Origin: an uncultured virus (IMG/VR IMGVR_UViG_3300024259_001989)
Taxonomy: Duplodnaviria; Heunggongvirae; Uroviricota; Caudoviricetes
Length of the DNA: 64,000 nt
Direction: 5' to 3' (one strand)
Virus record (IMG/VR): IMGVR_UViG_3300024259_001989
A program made the position numbers and the translations under genes. The notes beneath the pieces are model-generated. The model saw nothing but the letters and a program-made list of their open reading frames with translations. It was not told where the DNA came from and did no database searches. Of the stretch, positions 18,521 to 28,428 are shown piece after piece. Every line of letters starts with the position of its first letter. Positions within the stretch are counted from its first letter, which is position 1.

Positions 18521-19226
18521 TAACAAGTGGCAAGATGGATTTCCTGAGACTGAAAGATACAAAATAGTTAAAGCAGCTAAGATAACTCTTTCAAAACCTG
18601 AGGGAAAAATCGCTTTGGATTATTTAATCAACGAAAGAAAATTTTCGGAAGAAGTGATTGATAGATTTGATATGGGCTACTGCCCTTCTGATGTAAATCA
18701 TGAAGTAAGAGGCAGAATTGTTACTCCTATCTATAGTACGTATGGAGAGCTTGTAGCATTATCAACTCGACATTTGGATAAGGATCATTATCAAAGATTT
18801 TTACATGAGTCTTTTGATAAGGGTTCTTATCTTTATGGCCTTTATCTTGCAAAAGAAGCTATCAGAAGAACTAATAAGGTTATCATTGTCGAAGGTGAGT
18901 GTGACGTTGCTTCTATGCATACGTCTGGATTTGAGATGACGATCGGGTGCTGTGGTAGTGCCTTTACTCTTTTTCAAATAGCCTTACTTTCTAAGTATTG
19001 TACTAATTTCTATCTTTTATTTGATGGAGATCAGGCAGGAAGAGATTCGACAGCAAAAGCATTGAAGGATTATGAAAAATATAATTTAAAAGCTTATGGG
19101 TTAAATTTCATTCCCACTTACTTACCTAATGGTACCGACCCTAATAATTTATTGATAGCTCATGGAAAAAGAAACATGGTGGACAAATTAAGAACTGCCA
19201 AAGAAGATTGTGGATTTAATATTTAA
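18507..19226 (+). CDS. dnaG: DNA primase catalytic (TOPRIM) subunit lacking zinc finger
   Basis: RGRIVTPI, LYGL, IIVEGECDV, LFDGDQAG, LPNGTDP. Confidence 0.85.
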   Translation: MGLTNNKWQDGFPETERYKIVKAAKITLSKPEGKIALDYLINERKFSEEVIDRFDMGYCPSDVNHEVRGRIVTPIYSTYGELVALSTRHLDKDHYQRFLHESFDKGSYLYGLYLAKEAIRRTNKVIIVEGECDVASMHTSGFEMTIGCCGSAFTLFQIALLSKYCTNFYLLFDGDQAGRDSTAKALKDYEKYNLKAYGLNFIPTYLPNGTDPNNLLIAHGKRNMVDKLRTAKEDCGFNI

Positions 19227-19234
19227 GGAAAATC

Positions 19235-20245
19235 ATGGCAACAAAAAGTGTATATACACCTCAAGAAGTAACGAGTATGATGAATCTTATAGACACTTAT
19301 ATAAGATGGAGAACCGTTGATACAAGAGGGGATAGAAGTTATGATCATTTTCATCCGTCTGAAATGGGCAAGTGCCTTAGAATGCAGCAGTATAAGCACT
19401 ATGCGTGGAAGGGTTTGATAGATGTCAAGTATCCTGAACCTGAAAGTCAAAAGCATCGACTTTTTGACAAAGGCCATAATATGCATGATCGTTGGTCTAA
19501 TTATTTTGATCAAATCGGAAATATTTTACTTGGAAGATGGAAGTGTAAGAATACACTTTGTTTCATGTTCGATGATGATGGTCAGGTTAAGAAAGACTAT
19601 TCTTTAGAAGACATGTATAAGAAGAAAAAGACTAGGATTGCTGAAGGTAAGAACGGCCCTATCTTTAAACCAGAGAAATGTAAATGCGGTTGCTCTGACT
19701 TCGAATACCTTGAAACACATGTTAGGGCACCACAGTTTAATATTAAAGGTAATGCTGACATAGTTCTTAACTGTAGGAATCTTAAAGAAGAAAGATTCAA
19801 AGGAGTTAGGACATCTTACAATCCAAAATATTTGCCAGTTGGTAAGAGTAAGGTTGTTATTGATATGAAGAGTATCGGTAGCAATCCGTGGAAGAATCAG
19901 ATCATGTCTAAAGGTGCTCATAAGGACTACCTGATACAGCTTACGATATATATTCACGTTTTAGGCTGTGATTACGGAATCATTGCTTATGAGAATAAGG
20001 ATAATTCTAAGATGGCATGGTTCCACGTTCCAAGAAATGATATATGGTGGGAAATTATACAAAGTCAAGCTTTAACTATGATGGATATGGCTAAAGAGAA
20101 AAAGCTACCTCCTCCAAAATATGATTCAAAAAAGAATTTTTCTTGTTCTTATTGTGATTTTAAAAGTTTGTGCCATAAGTCAAAAGTATGGGACAGCCCT
20201 ACACTAGATAGCAACAGAAAAGAATTCTATAAATCATTATTATAA
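19235..20245 (+). CDS. PD-(D/E)xK exonuclease (Cas4/RecB-like, Fe-S)
   Basis: HPSE.GKCLR, GNAD, IDMKS, QL.IY, CSYCDFKSLC. Confidence 0.8.
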   Translation: MATKSVYTPQEVTSMMNLIDTYIRWRTVDTRGDRSYDHFHPSEMGKCLRMQQYKHYAWKGLIDVKYPEPESQKHRLFDKGHNMHDRWSNYFDQIGNILLGRWKCKNTLCFMFDDDGQVKKDYSLEDMYKKKKTRIAEGKNGPIFKPEKCKCGCSDFEYLETHVRAPQFNIKGNADIVLNCRNLKEERFKGVRTSYNPKYLPVGKSKVVIDMKSIGSNPWKNQIMSKGAHKDYLIQLTIYIHVLGCDYGIIAYENKDNSKMAWFHVPRNDIWWEIIQSQALTMMDMAKEKKLPPPKYDSKKNFSCSYCDFKSLCHKSKVWDSPTLDSNRKEFYKSLL

Positions 20246-20318
20246 AGTTTTTTGAATAAAATTACGATTACATATTAGTAGTAATTAGAATTTTATTTAT
20301 TTATAGGAGAAAGTAGCT

Positions 20319-20648
20319 ATGACAGAAGATGTTAATGGAAATGCAAATGTAAAGGATGAAAGTTTGCTTCTAGTTAGTGGTAGTAAAGGAAGTAAGGGTA
20401 GTGATAAAGACTATGTTAAAAAACTTTCTAATGCTATTCTTCAAGTATTTACTAAGCATTCAACAGTAAATATGAGATGTGTAGGAGCAGCTTCACTTAA
20501 TAATGCAATTAAGTCTTTTATTATTGCAAAAGGTGAAGCACAAAAAAGTGGTAATAAATTAGCGATCAGTCCTAGTTTTACAACTGTTAGTTTTAACAGT
20601 GAAGAAAAGACAGGTATTGTTTTAGAAGTAGTGACTATTGATGATTGA
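20319..20648 (+). CDS. spoVS: SpoVS-family protein
   Basis: LLVS...CVGAASLNNAIKSFIIAKG...PSFTTV...EEKTGIVLEV resembles the SpoVS consensus. Confidence 0.75.
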   Translation: MTEDVNGNANVKDESLLLVSGSKGSKGSDKDYVKKLSNAILQVFTKHSTVNMRCVGAASLNNAIKSFIIAKGEAQKSGNKLAISPSFTTVSFNSEEKTGIVLEVVTIDD

Positions 20649-20687
20649 TTAGTTAAAACAGAAGAATTAATTTTATGAGGTGTTACA

Positions 20688-21353
20688 ATGTCAGAATTTG
20701 AAAGTGTATTTAGGCGTAAAGAACTGCATGATATATATGCAGCAGGAGAGGTAAAACCTCTTGAAGATCTATATCTGTTAGAAGATGTAGCTTTAACTAT
20801 TAAGGGTTTAGAGAAGCAAAAAGAGTTTTACAAAGGTTACAAAAAGAAAAAAGCTCAAGATATCGCTGATGAAGTTAAAGTTCTTGAGAACAAAGTGACG
20901 TTTTACAAATCCGTTATGGTTTCGACTCTTGAGAAGAATAAGGAAAAGAGTGTTAAGTTTCCTGGATCTTGTAATATCTCTGCTAGAAATCAAAAGGCCA
21001 AATGGGTAATCAATGATGATGAAGAGTTTATCGCTGTATTACAGGCTGCTCAAAAAGCAGGAGAAGACGTTGATGATGTCCTTGAAAAAGTGACTCAATT
21101 CAATGTTAGAAAAAGAGAAGCCAGCAAGTTATTGGAGATATGGGAATCAAGTGGCAAGTTAGACGGTTTCCTTAAAAAAGCCAAAAAGGGTTCTGGAGAC
21201 ATCGTAAGTAAAGATCCAAAGAAAGTAACAGTTTCAATAAAGTTTTTGGACGATGAAGATGAGGTTAATGACGACAGCGAAGTAGAAGTTTCCATTCCTG
21301 CTAAAGATGGAGGTCCATCTAACATTGCTTCAGCAGATTATGATGGGATATAA
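20688..21353 (+). CDS. possible Gam/Gp157-like host-nuclease inhibitor
   Basis: coiled coil followed by KSVKFPG..ISAR pattern; located in recombination cluster. Confidence 0.45.
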   Translation: MSEFESVFRRKELHDIYAAGEVKPLEDLYLLEDVALTIKGLEKQKEFYKGYKKKKAQDIADEVKVLENKVTFYKSVMVSTLEKNKEKSVKFPGSCNISARNQKAKWVINDDEEFIAVLQAAQKAGEDVDDVLEKVTQFNVRKREASKLLEIWESSGKLDGFLKKAKKGSGDIVSKDPKKVTVSIKFLDDEDEVNDDSEVEVSIPAKDGGPSNIASADYDGI

Positions 21354-21358
21354 ATAGT

Positions 21359-23215
21359 ATGAAAGATTTTGAATTTTATAAAACTATTCGTGTAAGTAAT
21401 AAGAAAGATAAGATTATTAAAGCTTTTTCTAAGTTGCACAATTTTTATAATAAAATTCCTGATACAAAGGGGTGTATGGAGAATATTAACACATCTGGAG
21501 CAAGCTGCAAGGCTTGGTGTTGTTGTCTTCCATACACTCGCATTTATACAGACAAAGGATTGCTACCTATTAAAGATCTTAATATAGGAGATATGGTCTA
21601 TAACAAGTCGGGAAAATTTAGTAGGATACTAAATGTAGCAAGTAAAATGGTAGATGAAGAAATTGTCTCTATAAGTAGTTGCTATGGGAGAAAAATTAAA
21701 TTAACAAAAGATCATATGGTTTTAGTAGATAGTTTTAAAAGAAAAAATAGAGAAAAGGTAAACGATCCAATCTGGATTGAGGCAAAGGATTTAATACCTA
21801 AAGTAGGTTCAAATCAAATGGGTCACTATTTAATTTTTCCAAAATACTTTTCGATAGAAGAAAAAAGAGATATATGTATTAGTGATTTTGCGAAAAATAT
21901 ATTTGTGGAAGGTGATTTATGCTATGCTTCTAAATCTAAAAGAGGTAAATCTATTTCTAATTCTTTAAAACTTGATTATGATTTTTGTTGGATAATTGGT
22001 ATGTTCCTTGCGGAAGGAACGAATGGTAGGGACATAATAGAATTTCATATTAACTCAGATGAGCAATACATTTATAAAAAGATACAAAAATTTTCCGAAG
22101 ATATGGGGCTATCATGTTCTTCTAAAACGAATAGAGGAAAAAGTTTTAGCGTAAGAATATGTTCTAGGGTATTGAGTGACTTTTTTGAAAATCTATGTGG
22201 AAAAGGTTGCGATAAAAAGAGAATACATGAAGATTTTTACTCTTATATTATAAAAAATAAAGAGTTGAGAGACGGCCTGCATGATGGATATTATGCAGGA
22301 GACGGAACTAAAAAGTTGCAAAAAAAATGTAAGTATTCCGTTGTAACTACTTCAGAAGATTTGCACTATCAAATAATGATGTTAAACTGGATGAATGATG
22401 AAATTCCTGTTAGTTTTATAGGCTATCCCAAAGATAAGAAGAAAACATTTACTCTTAATATTTCTGATGGAAAATTTAAAGATTATGTTGAAACAGAAAA
22501 AGATTTTAGAGTTCCTATTAGAAAAATAGATTTTGAGCATTATAGTGGGCTAGTTTATGATATAGAAGTTGAAAATGAGCATTCTTTTTATACAGAGTGT
22601 GGAGAGATTCATAATTGTAAGATCCAAACACCCCAACTTTTATACTCAGAGTTTCTTTTGTTGTGGCATCATGTTTCCAAGAATTGGACTGATGAAGAGA
22701 TCTGTGATTTGTTTGAAAAATGTATGACAAATGCAGTGAATCCTGTTCCGTCTAAAGGATGTGTATTTTTTGATAGAGATACCTGTATGTGTAAGGCTCA
22801 TAAAGTTAGGCCTTATAACTGTAGGATTTACGGTATCACTCCTAATGAAGATTTTGAGCCAAGATATAAGCGTTTGAAAGAAGAATATAAATCTATTCCA
22901 GGTGCTGTCATTAAACCACAATGCTCTCTTGTGTCTCCTGTCGATGATGTGGAAGTTACTAAAGAAGAGATTGATACATGGTGGGAAGAACTTGTAGAGA
23001 TTGAAATATCTATAGGGATACCTAATGATATGGTATCAGATGCTATAGGTGGTAGTTATAGAACTCCACATGATCATGTTCTTATTTATAATATGCCAGA
23101 GAATGTTTTAAATGCTTTGTCTGGTATCAAGCAGTACACAGATGAATTTGAAAAAAAGAGGGCTATCAAAGAATTAGTTCAGGTGATTAGTAATGTCTTC
23201 AAAAATAAGAGCTAG
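21359..23215 (+). CDS. YkgJ-like (CxxxCC) Zn/Fe-S cluster protein interrupted by a LAGLIDADG intein
   Basis: spliced junction SCKAWC|CKIQ; downstream CVFFD...C.AH..RPYNCRIYG. Confidence 0.8.
   Translation: MKDFEFYKTIRVSNKKDKIIKAFSKLHNFYNKIPDTKGCMENINTSGASCKAWCCCLPYTRIYTDKGLLPIKDLNIGDMVYNKSGKFSRILNVASKMVDEEIVSISSCYGRKIKLTKDHMVLVDSFKRKNREKVNDPIWIEAKDLIPKVGSNQMGHYLIFPKYFSIEEKRDICISDFAKNIFVEGDLCYASKSKRGKSISNSLKLDYDFCWIIGMFLAEGTNGRDIIEFHINSDEQYIYKKIQKFSEDMGLSCSSKTNRGKSFSVRICSRVLSDFFENLCGKGCDKKRIHEDFYSYIIKNKELRDGLHDGYYAGDGTKKLQKKCKYSVVTTSEDLHYQIMMLNWMNDEIPVSFIGYPKDKKKTFTLNISDGKFKDYVETEKDFRVPIRKIDFEHYSGLVYDIEVENEHSFYTECGEIHNCKIQTPQLLYSEFLLLWHHVSKNWTDEEICDLFEKCMTNAVNPVPSKGCVFFDRDTCMCKAHKVRPYNCRIYGITPNEDFEPRYKRLKEEYKSIPGAVIKPQCSLVSPVDDVEVTKEEIDTWWEELVEIEISIGIPNDMVSDAIGGSYRTPHDHVLIYNMPENVLNALSGIKQYTDEFEKKRAIKELVQVISNVFKNKS
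21521..22615 (+). mobile_element. intein with LAGLIDADG endonuclease (~365 aa)
   Basis: CCLPYTRIYT, LTKDH, IIGMFLAEG, GYYAGDG, VYDIEV..HSF...IHN|C. Confidence 0.88.
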
Positions 23216-23558
23216 AATATTAGATATGTCGTACGATAAGGACAATAACCTTTTTAAATTGTCGTTGAGAGATTTAGATAGGGTTAAGCATACCAATATT
23301 GCCATCAAAGGCACTGATTGGGGAGTAACTCCTGATATTCCTGACGACATGATAGAAAAATTTTGTAAAGATATGATAGGGCAAGAGAAGAACCTATTTA
23401 TTGAAACAGAAGAAGCGTCATTAAGAGATGCTAAAAAAGATGAAAAAGGAATAGTCTCACAAGAAGAAATTAATAAGACTTACGAAAGTCTAGAGAATTA
23501 TCCAATAGATGAAGTTATGAATACACTGCATGAGGACAAGAAAGAAAATGAGTCTTAG
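23193..23558 (+). CDS. hypothetical protein
   Basis: 121 aa ORF. Confidence 0.55.
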   Translation: MSSKIRARILDMSYDKDNNLFKLSLRDLDRVKHTNIAIKGTDWGVTPDIPDDMIEKFCKDMIGQEKNLFIETEEASLRDAKKDEKGIVSQEEINKTYESLENYPIDEVMNTLHEDKKENES

Positions 23559-23811
23559 ATTTTTTGGAAGTCCTAATTGTAAAGATTGTCTGCAAATTTT
23601 TGTATGGCTTGAGCAGTATTGTATAAAATACAAATATTATGATGGTCATGACATAGAGAATGATGATGTTTACAATATGTGTGAAGAACAAAATATCAAC
23701 GAACTTCCTCATCTTCAGCTTATAGATAATTCAGATCAAGTCATTTCTGAGCATATTGGCCCGATAGAAGAAAAAACACTTCTTCAATTTTGTGGTTTTC
23801 CCACAAAGTGA
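23548..23811 (+). CDS. glutaredoxin/thioredoxin-like protein
   Basis: FFGSPNCKDC...ELPHL. Confidence 0.7.
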   Translation: MSLRFFGSPNCKDCLQIFVWLEQYCIKYKYYDGHDIENDDVYNMCEEQNINELPHLQLIDNSDQVISEHIGPIEEKTLLQFCGFPTK

Positions 23812-23872
23812 TTGAAAAGTGATTGTGTAGTAGGTAGTCTTGTAGAAAATAGTTTGTAATGAAAGATGCAAT

Positions 23873-25768
23873 ATGGCTTTGAACTTAAATAAGTATCAAA
23901 AAGAAGCAGTAACTCATTTGGACGGCCCTTGTTTGGTCACTTCCTGCCCAGGATCTGGGAAAACCTTTACTCTTGTAGAAAGAATTGTTTGTCTGATTAA
24001 TAGAGGTGTTAAGCCGAAGAATATTCTTTGTTTAACATTTACTAATAAAGCAGCGAATGAAATGAAAGCAAGAGTCTGCAAAAGGTTGGGAGTAGATAAG
24101 GTAGATTTCTTCATCGGAACATTCCATTCTCTCTGTGCTAAAATGCTTAGAAAAATTGGTCCTGCTCATGGCATTAAGGTTAATTTTAGCATCATAGATG
24201 ATAAAGATCAAATCGATATAGTTATGCAGATAGCTAGAAAATTAGAGATAGATATTTCTAAGCCAGAGGCGTTTAAAATAATTAATCGTCTTAACTTTTA
24301 CAGAGATGGCATGGAAGAATTTGATTGGGTAGAAGATGAACTTGGCCTATCATCTCATATAGAAATTGCAACTGCCTATTTAAAACATTGTAAAAGAAAT
24401 AGTTTGTTCGATTTTAGTGCGTTGATATATGAGAATATTAAGATGATCGAATCAGATGAAGATCTTAAGAGAAAGATTCAAAATACTTTTAAATACATCA
24501 TGGTTGATGAAGTTCAAGATACTAACATATCTCAATTTTATCTAGTTAATCTTCTTGGGAAAAAATGGAAAAATATTATGGTCATAGGGGATCTTGACCA
24601 GTCAATTTATCGTTTTAGAGGAGCTAGATATCAGAATATTCAAGATTTTATAAACATGTATGAAGACTGTAGGGTTATATCTCTTTCTAAAAACTACAGA
24701 TCTACACCTCAAATAGTTAAGGTTGCTCATAGGCTGATTAAACTCAACACAAGTCATATGGGAACAGCTTTTGAAACTGATAATAATGATGGAGAGAATG
24801 TTAGGTGTTATTCATTTAATGATCAATACATGGAGGCGAAATGGGTGGGTAGAACAGCTAAGAAATTTATCAACGAAGGCGGATGGGACCCCTCAGATAT
24901 GGCCGTTCTGTATAGAGCCAATAAGATGTCTGAACCTATTGAACAAGCATTGGTAAATAATGCTATTCCTTATGAAGTAGTTGGAGCATGGAATTTCTAT
25001 GATCGCAAGGAGATCAGAGATTGTCTTGCTATGTTAAAATTATTATCTAATCCTAGAGATGGCATTGCCTTCGGTAGAATCTGTAATTTTATAGAGGGCT
25101 TGGGAAATGTCACTGTTGGGAGAATAGAGAATATAGCACAAGATCGAAATATAACTATTCCTCAAGCATGCAAAATAATGGGAGATAAAGCTAATAGCAT
25201 TAAGATATCTAGAGGATGTGAGAAGCTTAGTAATATTTACAATAGGACATGGGATCAGTCGAATCCAGCGGCATGTATGTCTCAGCTTATTCATGGTCTG
25301 AGCTATGAGAACTATTTGCAAACAAAATTCGACAATACTGCTAACGAGAGAAAAGATAATATATCTCAGATAGTTTCTTCCGCGGGAGAATGTAATGGTG
25401 AAGAAAACGGAGTAAGCAAATATTTGCAACAAGTGTCTCTTGTTACGAATACCGAGAATGATAAAAAGGAAGATAAGATGCCATTGATGAGTTTACACTC
25501 TGCGAAGGGATTAGAATTCCCCATAGTATTTCTTATCGGGGTAGAGGAAAATATATTACCACATAAAATGGCCATGGCAGATGATCCTTATGAGGGATTA
25601 GAAGAAGAAAGGAGATTAGCATATGTGGGATTATCTAGAGCGAAAAAAGTTCTATTCACAAGCTGGTGCAAACGAAGACGAGTATTTGGCAAGCATGGGA
25701 ATATGATTTATAATAAATGTAAGCCCAGTCAATTCTTATATGAGGCTGGACTGATCAAAAAAGATTAA
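23873..25768 (+). CDS. uvrD: UvrD/PcrA SF1 helicase
   Basis: PGSGKT, LTFTNKAA, VDEVQD, GDLDQSIY, NYRST, HSAKGLEF, EEERRLAYV. Confidence 0.95.
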   Translation: MALNLNKYQKEAVTHLDGPCLVTSCPGSGKTFTLVERIVCLINRGVKPKNILCLTFTNKAANEMKARVCKRLGVDKVDFFIGTFHSLCAKMLRKIGPAHGIKVNFSIIDDKDQIDIVMQIARKLEIDISKPEAFKIINRLNFYRDGMEEFDWVEDELGLSSHIEIATAYLKHCKRNSLFDFSALIYENIKMIESDEDLKRKIQNTFKYIMVDEVQDTNISQFYLVNLLGKKWKNIMVIGDLDQSIYRFRGARYQNIQDFINMYEDCRVISLSKNYRSTPQIVKVAHRLIKLNTSHMGTAFETDNNDGENVRCYSFNDQYMEAKWVGRTAKKFINEGGWDPSDMAVLYRANKMSEPIEQALVNNAIPYEVVGAWNFYDRKEIRDCLAMLKLLSNPRDGIAFGRICNFIEGLGNVTVGRIENIAQDRNITIPQACKIMGDKANSIKISRGCEKLSNIYNRTWDQSNPAACMSQLIHGLSYENYLQTKFDNTANERKDNISQIVSSAGECNGEENGVSKYLQQVSLVTNTENDKKEDKMPLMSLHSAKGLEFPIVFLIGVEENILPHKMAMADDPYEGLEEERRLAYVGLSRAKKVLFTSWCKRRRVFGKHGNMIYNKCKPSQFLYEAGLIKKD

Positions 25769-25835
25769 AGAATAAAAAGGAAAATTCCGATATAGTTAGT
25801 ATATAGATAATATGACTAATAATCGGAGTGTAAAA

Positions 25836-26000
25836 ATGAAAGAAAAAATAGACAAAAAAATGGTTTTTGTTGTTCAAGAGTCTCTTTATAGAAGCTTTAA
25901 AGATGCATGTGAACAAGAGTATACCACAATGTCTCAAGAAATTCGTTCTTTTATGCTTCAATATATAAAGGAGCATAAAGATGAGAAGACTAACAAGTGA
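25836..26000 (+). CDS. ribbon-helix-helix (CopG/Arc-like) protein
   Basis: beta strand MVFVV, then helices ESLYRSFK..C...TMSQEIRSFM. Confidence 0.65.
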   Translation: MKEKIDKKMVFVVQESLYRSFKDACEQEYTTMSQEIRSFMLQYIKEHKDEKTNK

Positions 26001-26745
26001 ACAATTTATTTATAGAGCTAAAGAGGCGCATGGAAACAAGTATAACTATGATAAGGTGGAATATATCGTTGCTATTAAAAAAGTAATAATTAAGTGTCCG
26101 ACCCACGGACAATTTTTACAGTTGCCTTCGAATCACTTAAAATGGGGATGTAAAAAATGTGCCATATTAGATACTGCTAAAAAGAGGAGGCTAACAACTG
26201 AAGAGTTTGTAAGAAAGGCTAAAAATAAACATGGTAATAAGTATGATTATAGTCAAGTAAGATATATAAACAGTCGTAGTAATGTAATTCTTATTTGTTC
26301 TATTCATGGGAAATTTGAGCAGTTAAGTAATCATCATTTGCAAGGGCATGGATGTCCTGACTGTAAGCATAAAAATCAAGGAATGGTGAAAGAATTTTTA
26401 ATAAAATATTTTAAAGATTGGATTATAACTTCTAATAAAAAGATATGGGACAAATATAAAGAATGTGATTATAGAAGGCATTGTGATTTTTGGTTAGAGA
26501 AAGACGGTATTAAGATAATGGTAGAATACGATGGTCAGCAACATTTTATGCCAGTATCTTTTGGGTGTAGAGATAATATTAAGGTAGAGAATAAGTTTAA
26601 GCAGACTCAGTTAAAAGATAAATTAGACGCTGAGTTTTGCCAGGAAAATAACATTATACTTCATAGGATAAGATATGATGAAGATAAGGAAGAATCAATT
26701 ATTAGTTTAAAAGGTGTATTGCAGAAAGGCCAAAATGGGCGTTGA
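25981..26745 (+). CDS. homing endonuclease: 2 DUF723-like zinc repeats plus PD-(D/E)xK domain
   Basis: HG.KY.Y repeats; CDFWLE...VEYDGQQH. Confidence 0.8.
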   Translation: MRRLTSEQFIYRAKEAHGNKYNYDKVEYIVAIKKVIIKCPTHGQFLQLPSNHLKWGCKKCAILDTAKKRRLTTEEFVRKAKNKHGNKYDYSQVRYINSRSNVILICSIHGKFEQLSNHHLQGHGCPDCKHKNQGMVKEFLIKYFKDWIITSNKKIWDKYKECDYRRHCDFWLEKDGIKIMVEYDGQQHFMPVSFGCRDNIKVENKFKQTQLKDKLDAEFCQENNIILHRIRYDEDKEESIISLKGVLQKGQNGR

Positions 26746-27235
26746 GATAGAAGTTAAGTTTCTTGTAGATCCAAAATATTTAACAGTAATATCTAACAAA
26801 GCTATGTCAGTTATTTCGATAACTCAAGGATATTTATTTGAAGATGGTGATGTTAGAGTCCGCATTAAGACTGAGGACGGAGTTAAGAAATCATATTTGA
26901 CTATAAAGGGCAATAGAGAAGGCGACACTAGAGATGAGTTCGAATATGAGATACCTAATAAAGATGGCATCGAAATGATCGACAAATTTTCAAAGCATGT
27001 TATTTTTAAAACTCGTTATAAGTTGAAATATAAAAAAGATATATGGGAGATAGATGTTTTCCATGGAGATAATGATGGACTAATTATTGGGGAAGTTGAG
27101 ACTCCTAAACTTGACTATGATGTGATGCAGCCACCGTGGATTGATAAGTGGGATGTCGTTACGGATGACGTAAAATATTACAATAGTTATATAGCAAGAA
27201 ATCCTTATAAAAATTGGAGCAAGAATAATGAATAG
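26735..27235 (+). CDS. CYTH domain protein
   Basis: EIEVKFLV, ITQGYL, RVR, EFEYEIP, K.RY, WEIDVF. Confidence 0.9.
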   Translation: MGVEIEVKFLVDPKYLTVISNKAMSVISITQGYLFEDGDVRVRIKTEDGVKKSYLTIKGNREGDTRDEFEYEIPNKDGIEMIDKFSKHVIFKTRYKLKYKKDIWEIDVFHGDNDGLIIGEVETPKLDYDVMQPPWIDKWDVVTDDVKYYNSYIARNPYKNWSKNNE

Positions 27236-27473
27236 AGAAGAATTAGAAAATAAGATCAGGACTATCGTAGCTGATCTTTTAAATATCGAAGAGTCAGAGA
27301 TAACAGATGACTCGCATTTTATTAATGACTTACATGCAGATAGTTTAGATTCTGTTGAGTTGGTTATGATGGCAGAGGATACATTTAATATCAGCATAAA
27401 GGACGATGATGCAGCGAAAGCAATAACTTTTAAATTGCTAGTGGATCTGGTAGAAAGCAAAATAGAAGATTGA
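27228..27473 (+). CDS. acpP: acyl carrier protein
   Basis: DLHADSLDSVELVM phosphopantetheine motif. Confidence 0.9.
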   Translation: MNREELENKIRTIVADLLNIEESEITDDSHFINDLHADSLDSVELVMMAEDTFNISIKDDDAAKAITFKLLVDLVESKIED

Positions 27474-27880
27474 GCTTAGTATCGTATATTCCCATCAGAG
27501 AGGCCACGTTAAAGCATGGTGGCAAAGATATGCCTGTAATTGGTGTTAAGAGTTTAGCTATGGAAATAGAGAGACTTAATGCCACTTATGAAGTGTGGTT
27601 GAATGTAAATGATGCTGTGTCTATAGTAGCAGCTTCTGACAATGCAGTGACAAGTGCTATTAGTATGGTTCCTACAGATATGGATGAACCTGCTTCTTTT
27701 GTTATAGATGCAGTGACAGTTTCTTGCACTATTAAACATTATGCCTACAACTCTCTCAAGCATGCCTACTTAGTAAAAATAGAATTCCCATTGATGAAAG
27801 ATCAAGTTAAGACTTACATCTATGAGAAAGATAGTGTTAGCAGTGTTGAGCAAACTCGTTTTGATATTTTGGATTTATAA
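27470..27880 (+). CDS. hypothetical protein, RFDILDL tag
   Basis: C-terminal motif. Confidence 0.7.
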   Translation: MSLVSYIPIREATLKHGGKDMPVIGVKSLAMEIERLNATYEVWLNVNDAVSIVAASDNAVTSAISMVPTDMDEPASFVIDAVTVSCTIKHYAYNSLKHAYLVKIEFPLMKDQVKTYIYEKDSVSSVEQTRFDILDL

Positions 27881-27882
27881 AT

Positions 27883-28428
27883 ATGAACTGGTGTAATTGT
27901 AATCATGATGATTATTATAATTTAACAACGAGCGTAAATGATTACGGAGTGGACGGACACAAAACTTGTTACACCTGCGGTAATATTATAAACGATGCAG
28001 AGTTAATTTCTCTTTTAGTCAAGGAAGTAAAGAGTTTAAATCAGACTGTTGAAGATTTAGAACGTGATAGAAACTTACATCCTGTTTCTGATCTTAATTT
28101 TACCTATGAACAAATACAAGAAAAAATAAGAGAATTTAGAAGCATTGAAGAAGATTTAAGAGTCCATGCAATAAATGTTAAACAACTAAAAGAATTAGAA
28201 AAAGAGGTCATAGAGTTAAGAACTACTACACATATTTTAACAGCCAAAACAAAAGCTTTAGAGTTAGATAGAGATAAATTAACTATTATCGTTGATTGGT
28301 TAAAATCTAAAGAAAATAAAAGAGAAGAAGTTGAAATAAAAGAAGCAGATAGAAAAATGGTAGAAGAAGATTACTTATTGGAAAATGCTGACAAACAAAC
28401 AGAACGATTTGAAATGATGGATTTATAG
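27883..28428 (+). CDS. coiled-coil protein, RFEMMDL tag
   Basis: variant C-terminal motif. Confidence 0.7.
   Translation: MNWCNCNHDDYYNLTTSVNDYGVDGHKTCYTCGNIINDAELISLLVKEVKSLNQTVEDLERDRNLHPVSDLNFTYEQIQEKIREFRSIEEDLRVHAINVKQLKELEKEVIELRTTTHILTAKTKALELDRDKLTIIVDWLKSKENKREEVEIKEADRKMVEEDYLLENADKQTERFEMMDL

Noticed and set aside
19235..20245. Cas4-like nuclease as part of a CRISPR-Cas system
   Set aside because: No cas1/cas2 or array seen; its context (recA, SSB, primase) fits a phage recombination exonuclease.
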